From Camelus dromedarius (Eukaryota), in assembly GCF_036321535.1 (NCBI RefSeq), contig NC_087437.1, forward strand, positions 30,568,001-30,632,000: a DNA stretch of 64,000 nucleotides, in the 5' to 3' direction. Below are positions 37,200-49,851 of the stretch, piece after piece. The position numbers were made by a program, and so were the translations under genes. The notes beneath the pieces are model-generated. The model had not been told where the DNA came from and did not search any database. It was given only the letters and a program-made list of their open reading frames with translations. Each line of letters opens with the position of its first letter. Position 1 is the first letter of the stretch.

Positions 37200-38225
37200 C
37201 CCACAGGCTGTGCTTTACAAAGATAGATACATATGCAATGAAAAACATCTGGAAGACATTCCCTCGTCCAAGGAATGGTACCAATCCCGGGATAAAGTGA
37301 CATAACGTGGCCTCTGATTCGGTGCGCTGAGAAGGACGCACAATGCCCACACAGTATTCCTGCCAAACACGTTTACCCTGGTCTCAATCATGAGTAAGCA
37401 ATCAGGTAAATCCAAATTGAAGGCTATTTTTTTAAATGTCAGTATCATGAAAACCAAATAAAAGCTGGAGAACTGTTCTACATTTTAAAAGGCCAAAGAG
37501 AAACTGACAACTAAAAGTAATGTGTGATCCTTAATTAGATCCTGAATCTAAAAAGAGGAAAAAAAAAAAATGTAGGAACAACCTGATGTAGGGGAAAACT
37601 GAATATAGATTTTATATTAGATAATATTATTGTACCAACTAACTCCTGGGTGTAAGATAGGTTCAAGGAGGTATTGCACAGCACAGGGAACATAGCCAGT
37701 ATTTTGTAATAAGTGAAAAGTAACCTTTCAAAATAGTATGAAAAACAAAAATTTTAAAATTTTAAAAGATGAATTAAGTTCTGAGTATCAAAAGAGTTAA
37801 AAAAATTTAAATAAACAAAAAAGCAAAAAAAATCATACCAATATTAAATGTCATGAATGCAATGACTATATTGTGTTTATACAGAACATCTTTGTTCTAA
37901 AGAGATAAATGCTGAAGTATTTAAGGATCAAGGGCCATGATGTTAACTTACTCTCAAGTGACTCTCCAAAGAAAAACAAATGCATCTATATACATGTGTA
38001 ATTAAATTTTGTTACATCTGCTTATCTCTCCCTCTCATGTGTGTAAGTATATTTGTGTGTGTGTATGTATATTTACACATACACAGATACACATGAAAGA
38101 GAGAGAAAGCAAATATAACAAAATGTAGTAAGTTAACTGGTGACTCTAGGTGCTGGAGATATGGTGTTCATTTTATTATTCCTGCAACTTTTCTGAGGTT
38201 TGAAATTTTTCGAAATAAAAAGTTC
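37200..38225 (+). mobile_element. L1MC4-like 3' end interrupted by a younger L1 3' fragment (about 37640-37830)
   Basis: ctcaatcatgagtaagcaatcaggtaaatccaaattgaagg...tattagataatattattgtaccaa [insert] ataccaatattaaatg...attcctgcaacttttctgaggtttgaaatttttcgaaataaaa. Confidence 0.75.
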
Positions 38226-38320
38226 AGAAAGTGAGCCTTTCTGCAGACAATACTGAAAAGAAAAATGGAAAGAAGAGAAGTTAGGATAAGCTTTCTGATA
38301 CTGTCAAGGTAATTATTCTT

Positions 38321-38437
38321 TTTTCTTTAAACACTTTTTTTATTGAGTTACAGTCATTTTACAATGTTGTGTCAAATTCCAGTGTAGAGCACAATTTTTC
38401 AGTTATACATGAACGTACATATATTCATTGTCACGTA
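38321..38437 (-). mobile_element. Young 5'-truncated L1 3' end with a perfect 15-bp TSD
   Basis: aaggtaattattctt occurs at 38306-38320 and 38438-38452. The insert begins T-rich, then ttattgagttacagtcattttacaatgttgtgtcaaattccagtgtagagcac. Confidence 0.85.
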
Positions 38438-38452
38438 AAGGTAATTATTCTT

Positions 38453-39130
38453 GCTGCTGAGAGAACAGAGCAGACGCAGGGGGACCAGTGAGCAGGGAGG
38501 TGAATGCAGCAGAACTGACAACAGATGATGGTGGCTCGGGTTAGGCTGGAGGCAATGGAGATGGGTGACATGGTCCCACCTGAAGCCCCTACTTTCTGAG
38601 GAGTGGGACACGGTGCTGTCTGTTGAAGATGAGAAAGTGATGAGAACAAATGTTTGAGGAGAGAGGAGGTTGACAGTCCCCAGTTTGGAGAACAGGACAG
38701 AGGGCTGACAAGATGGAGCTGGGATGGCAGTGTAGGACCACGAGCAGGTCAGTTGAGACTTGAGACAAAGAGTTTATGGTGGCACCCTGCAGAGCTGCAT
38801 GGTTTCCCCACTGACACTCAAGGTCCAGAAAGGACAGTTTAACAAGTGGGAGAGGCAAAGAGCCTGAAGTGATGGGACCACTCCCAAGAAGGACATGAAC
38901 AGAGATGGGGATAGCAGGCGGGAGAAACCAAAGGCCAAGAGCAGCTGTTAACAGGAATAATGGAATTAAAGTTCTGGACAGACAGGAGGCTGCAGTCTCG
39001 GCGGCGGCAGACATTTGAAAATCATGCTTCCGAGGTGCAGCAAGGGAAGAGTCAGCGCGTGGCCAGGGAGCAGGTGGCTGATGTGCAGCAGAGATGAGGG
39101 TCACGGCGGCGGAGAAATGAGGACAGGAGG
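38453..39130 (-). mobile_element. L2 fragment
   Basis: agatgatggtggctcgggttaggctggaggcaatggagatgg...ccaaaggccaagagcag is L2-antisense-like. Confidence 0.55.
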
Positions 39131-39443
39131 TTAAGACGTTCTCTTAAGCAATGTTTCTATTAATAACAAAATTGTTCCTTGCACCTCAATTTGGCACTGT
39201 CAGTGTCAGTCTGCAATTGTGTGCACTCATGCCTCGCAAATAGGTGATGCACTGCACTCCAGAAGGAACTGTGTGTGCTCTGCCAGCAAGTCAGTCAGTA
39301 TCTGAGGAGCTGAGGGCAGTGCTCATTTACAGACACACACACACATACACAAACACATACACAGAACACTCAAGACATTTCAGATGAAATGCAAACACAG
39401 TCAAATAATCACATAATTAACCACTTGGTCATACACAGTTTAC

Positions 39444-39568
39444 CTCGCCTCGGTCTCCAAACATAGAGTCTGGAGGTTTGGGGAGCTGTTGTCCACTGAT
39501 CACTTTCAGGATGAGCTGCTTTTTGGGGTTGGCAGGAAGTGGATCACCAGAGAAAGGGTTGAAAGTAC
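39444..39568 (-). CDS. PLCH1: PLCH1 coding exon (start of C2 domain), 125 nt, phase 1-0
   Basis: Acceptor ggcttag|GT and donor GAG|gtaaac. Translates (G)TFNPFSGDPLPANPKKQLILKVISGQQLPKPPDSMFGDRGE. Confidence 0.96.
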
Positions 39569-40605
39569 CTAAGCCAAATAAAGCAGAGGTTAAAATCAAA
39601 GGTCAGTCACAGGGGAAAACACAAACATACACACACACACACAGACAAACACACACACACAGAGCTTAAGCTTGAAGGACAAAGAAACAATAAATGCTGA
39701 ATAACTACCGTTTTCTTAAAGCAAAGAAATCATCACGTAACATCAGTGCAGCTTTTGCCTGAAGGCAATGCCAGCTGGCGTTTCTATAGCTATGTTTTTG
39801 TTAGAATGCATGCTCCCAAAGGCCAGAGAAAAGGGCCAATTTAAAGCAAGTGTCTGGGATGCAATTATCAACCGTGGCAGGGGGGAAGAGGAAGATTCTA
39901 TTTGAATGCCACAGTAGACAGAGAAGGAGAGTGGTTATGTTAGATTCACATAATTTTCTAACCTAAACTATCTCAAGTATAGAGGGAATATAACAAGCAG
40001 AAAAAAAGACCTGAAATTAAGTAAACAGCAGAGCAAGAAAACATGCAAAGCATTAACATTCTGAAGACACATGTCAACAGCTTTTCTTTACCTGAACTGT
40101 TTAAAAATCCAAATTGAAAACTTTAAAAAAATTTCAATGAGCAGAACCCAAAGGAAGTGTTTTTGGATCCCAACACGGCATTGTCTTTTTTGTTGTTAGC
40201 AATTGGAATAAACTGACTAAAAGGGCGTGATAAAATTATTTCAGGTGGCATTATCACTCTGCCGGCTGGTCTCAGACTCACACTCCCTTGGAGAGTTTCT
40301 GAAAGCATTCAGTTTGTAAGTAATGCCCAGCGAATATCACACTGGACCACTGGATTTCAGGTGACAATCCACTGCTATTACCCATGTCCCTCTTTAAGTG
40401 CATGACGTCACAAGAGAACACGCTAAACGTCATGCTACCCAAATATTAAACAGTGGTGACGAGTTCTTTATTTACATTCCGATACCTTAATGTATCTCTT
40501 TTTTAAAAATCATGTTGCAAAACCCTGGGGCATCACATTTTCCAGAGAGCGCCTTCAATAGAGGTCTCTTGCATTCAGAGATACGACCATGAAATTAACA
40601 CACAC

Positions 40606-40713
40606 CTTTGCACATCTGCTGGGGTTTGAGGACGTAGCCGCAATTGCCATTTGTCTTGAATTTGGCTCGATTTAACTGCATCATTCGCCCTTCAGACTGG
40701 TAGTTCAGCGCCA
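40606..40713 (-). CDS. PLCH1: PLCH1 coding exon (end of Y box), 108 nt, phase 1-1; follows a 91-nt intron
   Basis: Acceptor tgcacag|TG and donor G|gtgtg. Translates (V)ALNYQSEGRMMQLNRAKFKTNGNCGYVLKPQQMCK. Confidence 0.97.
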
Positions 40714-40804
40714 CTGTGCAAGTTCAAAGTTGAAGAGAATTAGGCAAGACGGCCTCATAGAGTCAAGACACAAAGAGAACGGCTCCCTGCTGAGGCATAC
40801 ACAC

Positions 40805-40984
40805 CTAGCTGGCAACCTGCGTTCCAGTAGGGCAGCGGGTTGAAGTTACTGGAATCGATGCGGTAGGCGGAGGGATAAATCCTCGTGAGCTGCTTTTGGT
40901 TATAAATCATGAACTGCTCTGATTTCTGCTGAACCACCTGATGTGCTCTTGTTTCGCTGAATGATAACACATTTCCTGTGGTTC
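40805..40984 (-). CDS. PLCH1: PLCH1 coding exon (Y box), 180 nt, phase 1-1
   Basis: Acceptor cgccag|GA and donor G|gtgt. Translates (G)TTGNVLSFSETRAHQVVQQKSEQFMIYNQKQLTRIYPSAYRIDSSNFNPLPYWNAGCQL, containing the PI-PLC RIYP...RIDSSN.NP...W..GCQ motif. Confidence 0.97.
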
Positions 40985-42598
40985 CTGGCGATTTTTAATA
41001 AAGAAAACAGAACAGTGAGAACTGTAGCAAAGAAAACATCACTCACAAAAGACCTTATAACGATGTCCGATTACAGTAAGAAGCAGAGCAAGAGAGTGAA
41101 TTCACCCAGAGCAGGCACAGCGCCTGAGCAAGAAAGATCTATAAAATTCCACTCTTGGGACTCTTCGCCATTCCAGATCAGAGCTGCTCATCTTGCTCAG
41201 ATAACTGCCTACTTCTGGGTCCCGTGTTCCCCCAAGAATTCCATCATCTCACTAATACACATCTATCTGGATAGTATGGAGGGGGCAGACAGGGAAATTA
41301 TTTTCTAGGGTGTGATTCAAAAAGACTATCTTTGTCAAAGATCAAGACACCTGTGGATAAATAAAACTATGAAACTCAATCCTGATAAAAGGGAGACATT
41401 CCCTGAAGGCATTCATCTGAAAAGCACACACATGAAATAAATTGACAGCATTCAGAGTTCAAGAAAATAAAGGGAAAAGGCCAATTCCGAAACAGGAAAT
41501 TGGGTTTTTTAATTAATTTGAATAGAGTAGTGAAATCAGTCAAAACCTATTTGGGAGAAAGGAATAATAATGGAAAAAGAACATTATAAAGAAATAAAAG
41601 TTTCAGAAACAGGAACAGTTATCCACCTAGCCAGGTTTATAATGGAAAAATAAAGGAAGATAAAAGAACAGGAAGCCTATATTAAAGTTTCTGCTTGGAG
41701 CATCACTAGAAAGGGTTAATTCAGGACCAAGGAAGCTACAAATTACAGGGTCATGATGGAGAAAGCCTCCAAATATTTAATATCCTACCCTTTTCCCCCA
41801 GCACTATCTTTTGCTCTACATCTATAGTGCCCCACCACTCCAACCCCTTCACCAGCCATCCATACTCCACCCTCGAATGACCACCCAAATTTCACCTGGA
41901 CCTGTTGGAAGAGACCAGCCTAGATAAAGATCCAAACGTGCCCAGATTCTCATTCTCATTCCAATGTGGACTCTGATAAGTTGAGGGGATCTGAACCCAG
42001 ACTGAGGGGCATGGCCCATGAAATCAAGGAGTTCAATTACAGCCTTGCTGGGCCAACGGGACCTGGATTGTATCCAGATTGTGCATGTTTATTCGCACAC
42101 ACAGTCTCCCAGGGCCCCTGTGGTCCTCAGGGTTGGGCACCCTTAGGTATTAATCACAGGACAAATGACTAGCAATTACACTCTAGAGCTGGAACGTGGA
42201 ACAGTGGGAGCAAAGAAATTAGAGAATTACAGTTTTTAATCCAATGATTTCCCTCATATAGTCTCTTTCCTTACCATATACATCTTACTGTCATAACTTA
42301 TTAGCATAGTTTACATGTTTCAAGTGTACTAAAAATGACCTTTTTTTTATAGATTTGGATGAGGGATACTTTGAACATGATAGGAGAAAATAGTCTTTTT
42401 GACAAACCGCATTCAGATGAAATAATCAGTGCCACTGTTTTCTCTGTCTCTCCACATAAATTATGCACAACATTATCAATAAGATGACCTAGCTAATTAT
42501 GCACATGTCAATTAGTATATTAATAGAGTTGAGTTACTTTGCATTAGATAAGCCATGCATTCATTATCTATTGCTCATTTTGTGGCTAAGTAAAATAT

Positions 42599-42621
42599 AC
42601 ACACACACACACACACACACA
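42599..42621. repeat. (AC)n microsatellite
   Basis: About 11 uninterrupted AC units. Imperfect CA tracts also flank the 39444-39568 exon (about 39333-39362 and 39619-39661), and a TG tract lies at 1866-1890. Confidence 0.9.
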
Positions 42622-43733
42622 AGACAAAACAGCTGAAGTTCAAGAACTAAATGGTACTCAACATTATTTTCCATTAAGCTAATAGGATTGATTTCCTACA
42701 GCATGTATTAGAAATTATATTTCTATAAACCAAATATACCTTTAACTCCATTAAACTACTTTCTGAGTTTATTCTTGGGCAGTTATGATAAGAATGATAG
42801 TCATTTGCTGAGAATCCTACAAGTTCTCATGTTCTCACATGTGAAATTAATTTATTTTTTTTTTAAATTGTCACCATTTAAAGAAAAAATCAACACCAAA
42901 GGAAAGAAAAATCTGAGGAGGCAGAGAAAGAAATAGGGGAAAAAAGAGATCAGAGGGAAGAATCGTGGAGGTCTGTAAGGACGTAAGATTCAGCACGATG
43001 TCTTCCCTCCATTGAGACACGAGAAAATGGGAGGCTCTGATTTATATTTCGCTTCCGCTAAAATTAAAATTATACTTAAACCCACCTGACTGTGGTTTAT
43101 TTTCATAAATATTCAGTAACTGAACAAAATATAGATGAAGAGGGAAGAGGATAAAGAGAAAGAGCAGCAAACAGGAAAGTCAGGGTCAGAACAATCGTGA
43201 CTAGAATTTCTCAACTCCGTATATGGCAACTGATGGGTGAACAACTGTGAAAGAGTCAAGGCTTCTGAAATTTCTGTTCTTTCTGTTAAGATTTCAATCT
43301 ATGGATTAAATTGTTTTCACCAAGGTCAAAATTTTCAATGAGAAAACATGGGGCATTTTAAGATGTTATTTTAGCCAATTAATTTCTTCTTTCTTCAGGC
43401 CATTCATACTTGGAATGGCCATCTGCGATCCGGCCCCCAAACCAGGTCAAGTCTCCAGAGCTCAAACACTGGGAAGACCTTGCTCTGATACATTTGTCTT
43501 TTTAATAATAACAAGGTCCTCCTTTGCCCTGTGGGAAAATTTCTCTAGCCAATTAGGCAACCAAAGTAATCAATAAATCCCTCCAGGGGAGCTAAGTGTT
43601 ATGCCAGCCATCAGTTTCCTGGACTCTGCACAATTCCAAAATGTGTGCCAATGATCAGACTGACAAATGACTAATTAATAATTGACAAAGGAAGGTCAAG
43701 AATGTTTAGCCAGAAGAAGCACTCAGCCCTTAC

Positions 43734-43831
43734 CATCATCCACAATGTCCTGGGCTGCCACAGAGTTTGTGTACACAACCAAATCGGAGAGCTCTCGACA
43801 AAGCTTCATGGTTTTCCTTCGGCGACCCAAC
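43734..43831 (-). CDS. PLCH1: PLCH1 coding exon (start of Y box), 98 nt, phase 2-1
   Basis: Acceptor atcttacag|G and donor G|gtaag. Translates LGRRRKTMKLCRELSDLVVYTNSVAAQDIVDD; ELSDLVVY is the PI-PLC Y-box start motif. Confidence 0.96.
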
Positions 43832-44477
43832 CTGTAAGATACACACCCAGGACTCATGACATTTTAGAGCTGGAAGAGGTTTGGGCTTTCGGTTACTCTG
43901 CCTTCCCTGCCTGCTCCTGATGGAGCCAGGATGAGAACCCAAGTGTAATTTTTAGTTCAGCATTCTCTCCACAACACCCTACTCATGTGGTTTTATTCAC
44001 TGCTCTGCCAGGAATCTCTTCTGAATTTGTGAGTTCTACTGCGAAGGGCTTAATTTCCACCATTACCCCATGATGGAGTAACACCGGAGCTTACTGGGGA
44101 ACCGCTCCACTTTGACCTGGACTAATGGAGGAGAACCTGGACTAAAAAGGAATAGACTCATTGCATTGTGGGACACAAGAATTATGTATCTTAAGAGAAA
44201 TACACCAAACTTTCCATAGTCATTATCTTTTAGAGGTGTAATTCCAAGTGATTTTTATTTCTTCTTTATGATTTTCCTAGTCTTCAACTTTCATAAAACA
44301 GCCATTCTTTGCTCTCTCTGTCCTATAAACCACTCCCAGGGTCTCCTCTACAGCTGTACAAGTTCTACCACCACTCTTTACCACAGTACAGTTTTCCACA
44401 GACTATCACGTTCTTCTCACAGACACACTTCTACCCTTCAGGGGAACATCTAACCACCAAAACGCCAATCCTCACCA

Positions 44478-45190
44478 AAGAAAATACACAAATGACCAAC
44501 CAACCAGAATATGAAATACGCTCAACAGCATTAGTCGTTAGGGAAATGCAAACCAAAACTACAGTGAGATACCTACACACCTACTAGGATGGCTGTAACC
44601 GAAAAGGTAGAGTTGATGTGTTGGCAAGGCTGAGGAGAAACTGGAATGCTCACACATTGCTGGAGAATATGAAGTGGTATGACTGCTTCGCCACAATAGT
44701 TTGGCAGTCCCTCAAAAAATTACACAGTTTCCATGTGACTCAGCAATTCCCCTTCTAAGTACATACCCAAGAGAAAGAAAAATGTCTGTCCACGTAAAAA
44801 CTTACACATAAATGCTCATAGCAGCATTATTCATAACAGCCAAAAAAATAAAAACCACCTAAATGTCCTTCAACGAATGAATGGATAAATAAAATGCAAT
44901 ATATTCATACAATGGGATATTATTCAACAATAAAAAGGAATGAAGCAGTGATACATTCTACAACATGGATGAATCTTGGAATCATTATACTAAATGAAAG
45001 AAGTCAGACAAAAAAGGCCAAATATTGTAGGATTCCATTTATACATAATGTCCAGAAAAGGCAAATCTATAGAGACAGAGAGTATTAGTTGGTGCCAGAG
45101 ACTGGGGGAGAGAGAAAGACGGGAAGTCGCTGCTTATGGTAGAGTTTATTTTTGGTGTGATGAAATGTTCTGGAATTAGAGAGGTGAAAT
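44478..45190 (+). mobile_element. L1MB-like 3' fragment
   Basis: tcaacagcattagtcgttagggaaatgcaaaccaaaactacagtgagatac...cacataaatgctcatagcagcattattcataacagccaaaa...gtgatgaaatgttctggaattaga. Confidence 0.88.
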
Positions 45191-46751
45191 AGATTTATTC
45201 ACTCAATGAATATTTATTGAGCACCTATTGGAGGTAAAACAGTGAACAAATCAGACAAAAATTCTTACCATACTAATACTTAAATACATTCAATAAAATA
45301 ATTAAGAAATGTGTCAACAACTCATTTTGCCAAGGAAGAATACATAAACATAGACAGTTATAAAAATCAATTAGAACAGCCCATGTTCCTCCTTTACCAT
45401 ACAGTTAATAAATTCTATAGCCATTGGTGAAAATCTGATTTCATGAAGGCAAATGATTCTAATGTGATGTTATACCTAGAAATTACAAGTAAAACTCTGA
45501 AGACACTCTATAATACAGAGAACTTCTGCTTAAAGTTAGCTTTTTTAATCCTTATCCTGGGATTGAATTCATTTACTGAAGTCTCAAAAGGACACCATCA
45601 TAGGTTCTTGGGCCTTGACAATTACTATGGGCAAATCTCTAATAGACTTAAGAACAGCATGCAACACAATTTCATGTGATACCTGTAATGATGTCTCACT
45701 TGCACGCATTAAGATTATCGTGGCTTTCCTCAAACACTGTTCCTTCCCTGGCTGTATGATTCAGAGTTGAGCCTTTCTCAAACTTATATTTGCAAATATT
45801 CACAGCAGAGGTCTCCTGGAAGGTGATTCTCTTTCTCTTATATCCTTTACTGTAACTATATATTGAATTTTCCATACGTTTAGTGTAGGGACTACAAACA
45901 TCTCCTTTGCCCTTACTAATTAGTTACTATTTTATGTATGGACATTCTGTTGAAGTGAAGCTAAAATTTAAAATTTAATTGAACCCTAAGTGTTATTCAT
46001 TCCCATAGGACCTGTATGCTTCCAATTTCGTTTAATTCAGTCTTTTGATAAAGTCACAGGTGTGTACATATGCACGTGCATATGTGTGTTTGTATATCTA
46101 TCTATTTATGAATGATGTAATTTACAATTTTTTGTGACACTGTGTACATCATCTGCCGGAAAGTCCTACATTAACTCCTATGTCACAATTTAGGTTCTAA
46201 AATTACGGTCATTTTACTCATCCTGAATTCTGCTGGCAGAAGTAAAGAAAATAACAACTAATACTTTTGAACACTTAGTTAACTGGGGTAGGGCTCATCA
46301 GGCTAAATAGTTTAATTCCTTTAATCCTGACAATGACCCTAAGAAATAGATCCAAATGAAGAGCTGACCCCTCCCCACGTTAAAGTTGAAAGAACAAGAG
46401 TTTAAAGCCTGGCTGCTTTCATACCCCTGGCCCATAACATGTGCTTATCATCTCTCTTCTCCTCAGTCTCCTGTGAGAGCCCCCTGTACTAGTGCACAGG
46501 GCCACTCCCTCTCCTCTGACGACACCTTTCACCTGACAACTGGTACAGCTAGCACTAGGCGCTCACTGAGCACTAAGCAGCAAGTCCTACGAGGATTACC
46601 ACCTCATACCCAGTTGATCTTCACATGCCCCCTGCACTGAGCACTTCACTTTATGATCTGATTTTCCAGACACACACAACTAAAACAGCCATGCTGATGA
46701 GGATGGACAGGCCCTGGGAGTCTGAGCAAGAAATGTGGAGAGCTTTCTTAC

Positions 46752-46843
46752 CTGCACAGCTGGCCAGTCTCCTTGCCAGGATTCTGCTGTGTGTCCTCCT
46801 CGTCTTCAGTACTACAGGATTTAGACCGTGATTTTGTGGTTTT
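46752..46843 (-). CDS. PLCH1: PLCH1 coding exon (X-Y linker), 92 nt, phase 0-2
   Basis: Acceptor tttttctggcag|AAA and donor AG|gtaag. Translates KTTKSRSKSCSTEDEEDTQQNPGKETGQLC(R). Confidence 0.93.
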
Positions 46844-48689
46844 CTGCCAGAAAAATCAGAGTGAACTTAATACAGACTCACGGCATCCAGCACATCCACA
46901 AGGTACAGAGAATTAAATGGGCTTTAGAATACACACACACAGAAGGACAGTAATTCAGAGGAAAAAAATTGACCAAATATTTCAGCTTGCCTCAATAACA
47001 AGCATGTCTATGGCCAAAGCTATATTAAAATATTAAGGCGAACCCGAGGGTTTCATGCTCTAATACTGACTTTTAAACCACACAAGACGCAGATCTTAGA
47101 AAAACTATTAGTCATGCATTGAAGGTTTCTAAGAGGGGTAGGGTCAAAGTTGTAGTATCTATTTAAATGATTCTAAGGGATTTCCTCTTATAAAGGAAGC
47201 TCATTATTCCTACTGACTTACTTATTAAAGGTAGATATAATTTTTTTTTAAAAAATAGTAATTTTTTAAAATGAATAACTACTATTCCTGCTTTTCAATA
47301 TGGGCACCAAAACCCATTCAAATCAATTTGTTCTTTTGAGATTTTGACCCATTTTAATTTCTAGAGCAGAATGGAAATTGTTACCTACAGCATTCAGGCT
47401 GAAAGACTGTAGGAGTAATCTGGTGTCTTCTGGACTGATCAGCTCATAGACATAAATCCTCTTAGGAATCATGCAGTTTTGTCCCCACCATAATGGAGAT
47501 AACCCCAATATTTGGCAACACATATCTCAACCATACATATCATGGGGAGGGACCCTACTAATTGAAGAAAACCTGGCCACCAAAAACATAGCTTCTACAA
47601 ACAAAGGGAGGACTTCTAGACAGAGTACCCTGGACATCTGGGGAACGTGGCTTAGAAAAGGAAAGGGACTCCATCTCCACGTTACCACAGGACCACATCA
47701 GCTTCCAGAGTTTTCTCATTCTCAACAAATAAAAAATTAAGCTACAGTGTTGGCGTAAACACACTCAACTCTATTGTATTGACAGTAGGCACCAATTTAG
47801 TCTGGAAACTTCTCTGGTCTTATTTATGCCTCAAGAACCTCAGTGTCCATGGTGTGGGAACCCAGTATCTGATGATCTCATGTTCCAAACGGGCCTCTCA
47901 CCAAGCAGATAAATTGGCTAACTTCTCAAGCTTCCTACTGTGATTTTTTAAAGGGCAGGGCAGTAATACTTATTCTAAAGGATTAGTATTTTTGTGATGA
48001 TTAAATGCAATGGCATGGAAAGTCATTCTGTAAGCCACATTCTATTGATACTAAAATAATCTATAAATAGCCTTGTGGACATTCATTCTTAGGACTTGAC
48101 ATATCATAAATTATAATTCTATAGTAGCTAAAGTACTTCCTAAAAGATTTACTTTGGAAAATAATTTAAATGAGTAGTTGTAATCAAGAAATGAAATATT
48201 CTCCAATTCCACATATAACTGGTAATCTGAGGTATTACAATAAAAATCTGTCTTTTTAAGGTATTTTTAAATATAAAGTGCAAAAAGTAGAAATAAGTAA
48301 TGAATCACCAATGACAGGTATTTGGAGAAATGATGATATATTTTCTGGACATAGAGTTTTGACACATCATGGTTAACATACCATAGAACCAATTTTTCAT
48401 CTTTTTTAACATTTTGCATGTTGAGCTCTTTAGAGAGATCACCTTTTAATGGCTGCATAATTGTCCAATGTGTGAGTGAATCATGATTTATTTAACCAGT
48501 CTTTATGGGAGAACATTTTGGCTGTTTTCAGTTTATTATGACTACTTTGTCCAACCTTTTAAAAATTATGCTATTGATGGGGCAGGAAATTCCACATACA
48601 GCAATCCTTTAAGTCCAAAGAAATGGACTTAGAGAAACCTCATGCAGAAAGTTCATCACCTAATAACTGATTTTTTATTTAACATGTGC

Positions 48690-49735
48690 TACCTTTTTAT
48701 TCAAGTATCACATGAATGTTTAGAAAAGTACAAGAATCATAGGTGTACAGCATGATGACTTTCCACAAAGCGAAACCACTCAAATGAGGAAACGGAATAT
48801 TATCTGCCCCCAAAACCTTCCGAGTCTCCTGTTTGGTCATCACCTTCTCCCCAAAGGTATCTCTTATCTTGCCTTTTATCCCAGAGATTTTTTTTTTTTT
48901 TTTTGGCCTGTTTTGGAACTTCATATAAATGGAATCAAACTGTATGTACTCTCTTGAGTCTGGCTTCATTGGCTCAGTGTCACGTTCATAAAGCTCATAC
49001 TATTGCATGAAGTTGTAATTTTGTCATGCTCACTGCTGATAAATACGCCCTGTATGAATACACCACAATTTGTATTCATTCTATGGTCGATGGACATTCA
49101 AACTGTTTCCTGTTTGTATTACAAGTAACGCCACTGTAAATATCATTGTTTCAGTCTCATGGCACATCCCTAAAAATGGAACTGGGAAGATACAGTTCAC
49201 AGTGTGGCTTTAGTCGATACTGTGAAACAGTGTGAAGCAGCTGCACAAATGAAGGTTCCCGTTAGCACTTTATGAGAGTTCAAGTTGCCCAACATCCTCT
49301 CTGACAAACAGGGTTGTCAGCCTCTGTGTTCGCTGTTGTGGTGGGTGGATGTGGAATCTCACCGTTGTTTTAGTTTCTGTTTCCCAGAGGATTGATGACA
49401 GTGAGGACCTTCTCCATATTAGCCACCTGGGTATCTTCTTTTGTGAAGCGCATGTAAGCCTTTTGCCCATTTTTTAAAATTTTGGGTCCCTGTTTTTTTT
49501 TTTTCTTTTGGTAGAAATTCTTTATATATTCAAGACACAAGTCCTTTGTCAGGTAGGTGTATTGAAAATATCCTTTCCCAGTATGCTATTTGCTCTTTGA
49601 TACTTTTGATGAACAGATGTTCTTAAATTTTAAAGTAGTTTAATCATCAACTTTCTCCTTTTCTAGGTTCCTGTTTAGGAAATCTTCAGTTATTCCAAGG
49701 TCAAGGTGCTATTCTCCTGTTACCTTCCAGACTCT
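48690..49735 (-). mobile_element. L1ME-like fragment, antisense
   Basis: ttttggaacttcatataaatggaatcaaactgtatgtactct...ccacaatttgtattcattctatggtcgatggacatt...tttcccagtatgctatttgct. Confidence 0.8.
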
Positions 49736-49779
49736 TTACATTAACTGAATCATATACATTTATTGCTCTTAATTCCTAC

Positions 49780-49851
49780 CTTATGTTTTCCAAAGTTGGT
49801 CATGAGGGATCGTCCATGTGCTTTCTTTCCACTCTCCTTCACATCTGGATG
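49780..49851 (-). CDS. PLCH1: PLCH1 coding exon (X-Y linker), 72 nt, phase 0-0
   Basis: Acceptor ttttctcag|CAT and donor AAG|gtagg. Translates HPDVKESGKKAHGRSLMTNFGKHK. Confidence 0.93.

Noticed and set aside
47558..47764. Possible extra X-Y linker exon
   Set aside because: The nearest acceptor-like site gives a stop after 12 codons in phase 0, and the flanking exons already join in frame.
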